Assembly (NCBI GenBank): GCA_030390025.1
Contig: CM059452.1
Coordinates: 6,634,001-6,698,000, forward strand
DNA from: Squalus acanthias
Lineage: Eukaryota
DNA: 64,000 nucleotides
Direction of reading: 5' to 3'
A program made the position numbers and the translations under genes. Positions within the stretch are counted from its first letter, which is position 1. Each line of letters opens with the position of its first letter. This document shows, in pieces, positions 63,306-64,000 of this stretch. The notes below the pieces were generated by a model. That model saw nothing but the letters and a program-made list of their open reading frames with translations, was not told where the DNA came from and made no database searches.

Positions 63306-63768
63306 AGTCTCAGGGCGCAGTAATACACGGCAGCGTCAGTCAGCTGCAGCCCGAGATGGTTAAACTGCTGAATTTAGTCGAGGTCTGGAGCTCAGCAGAG
63401 AAACGGGTTTTAGCAAAATCTGCTTTATCTTCAGCACCGCTCGAGTATTTGCTCAGTATAAACTCGGGCTGTGTGTCTGGGTGTTGCCGGTACCAGTATA
63501 AAGAATAGCTGCTCTGTGTAGTATCATAGGTACAGCTTAAAGTCACCGCTTCTCCTTCTGTCTCAACTCCTGAGGACAGCGGCTGAGTGACAGAATCTCC
63601 AAGACTCAGATCTGAAAAACATGTTCAAACAGGAAAAGATCAGACCGACGGGTCTTTAAAACTCAGATTCAAAACATGTTAGAAATGAGAGAAAAGATGA
63701 AATGTGTTTGGTCCACAATTACCTGTCAGAAATGCCCCCCACACAGCCCAGATGCTGAGTAGCCGCAT
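63306..63768 (-). pseudogene. TCR V alpha/delta segment V13 with a -1 frameshift in FR3
   Basis: Leader 63768-63723 MRLLSIWAVWGAFLT. The V exon from 63611 is close to V7, but ATCTCGGGCTG is one base short of V7 ATCTCGGGGCTG. Intact RSS CACAGTG-23-ACAAAAACT (63305-63267). Confidence 0.85.
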
Positions 63769-64000
63769 TGTCGCTGTCCGCTCTGTAAAAGGGGGGTTGG
63801 ATATTTGAAGACACCCGTTCTAATCCCCGCCCTCAATAATCTGCTGTCGTGTCTCAGGATGCTCTCACCTCACTTCCTTGTGTCCCCAGTGGTGCTGTGA
63901 GACCGGTAGGTGGTGAGCTGGCTGCCAGTGAATGGAAACACCCCGAGCTGGGCTACAGTCAGTGTCCTTATAGGGGAATGGTTCCGCTTTTAGAGACCGG

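Overview
This is eukaryotic DNA from a cartilaginous fish (shark); the species cannot be determined from the sequence. The window is part of the T-cell receptor alpha/delta V-segment array. It holds about 13 V alpha/delta segments in mixed orientation (intact, leaderless or pseudogene), most with a 3' RSS of 23-bp spacer, at 1-26 kb and again at 63.3-63.8 kb. A complete immunoglobulin heavy-chain cluster (+ strand, 35.5-59.0 kb) sits inside the array: leader, VH, JH, Cmu1-Cmu4 with secretory tail, TM1 and TM2. The cluster is unusual in three ways. (1) V and both D segments are already joined in the genomic DNA, with apparent junctional additions and only a 12-RSS left for joining to JH. (2) The leader and VH look IgW-type while the constant exons are clearly IgM, so this may be a fixed IgW-V/IgM-C hybrid made by inter-cluster RAG recombination. 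(3) The secretory form is intact, but TM1 has a -1 frameshift. The Ig-containing block starts at an abrupt truncation of a TCR V flank (~27,072), followed by satellites and degenerate telomeric repeats. The rest is rich in CR1, RTE and Penelope-like retroelements (the latter with minimal hammerhead ribozymes), SINEs, a solo LTR, tandem repeats and local segmental duplications. Family assignments rest on my recognition of the translations, not on database searches.
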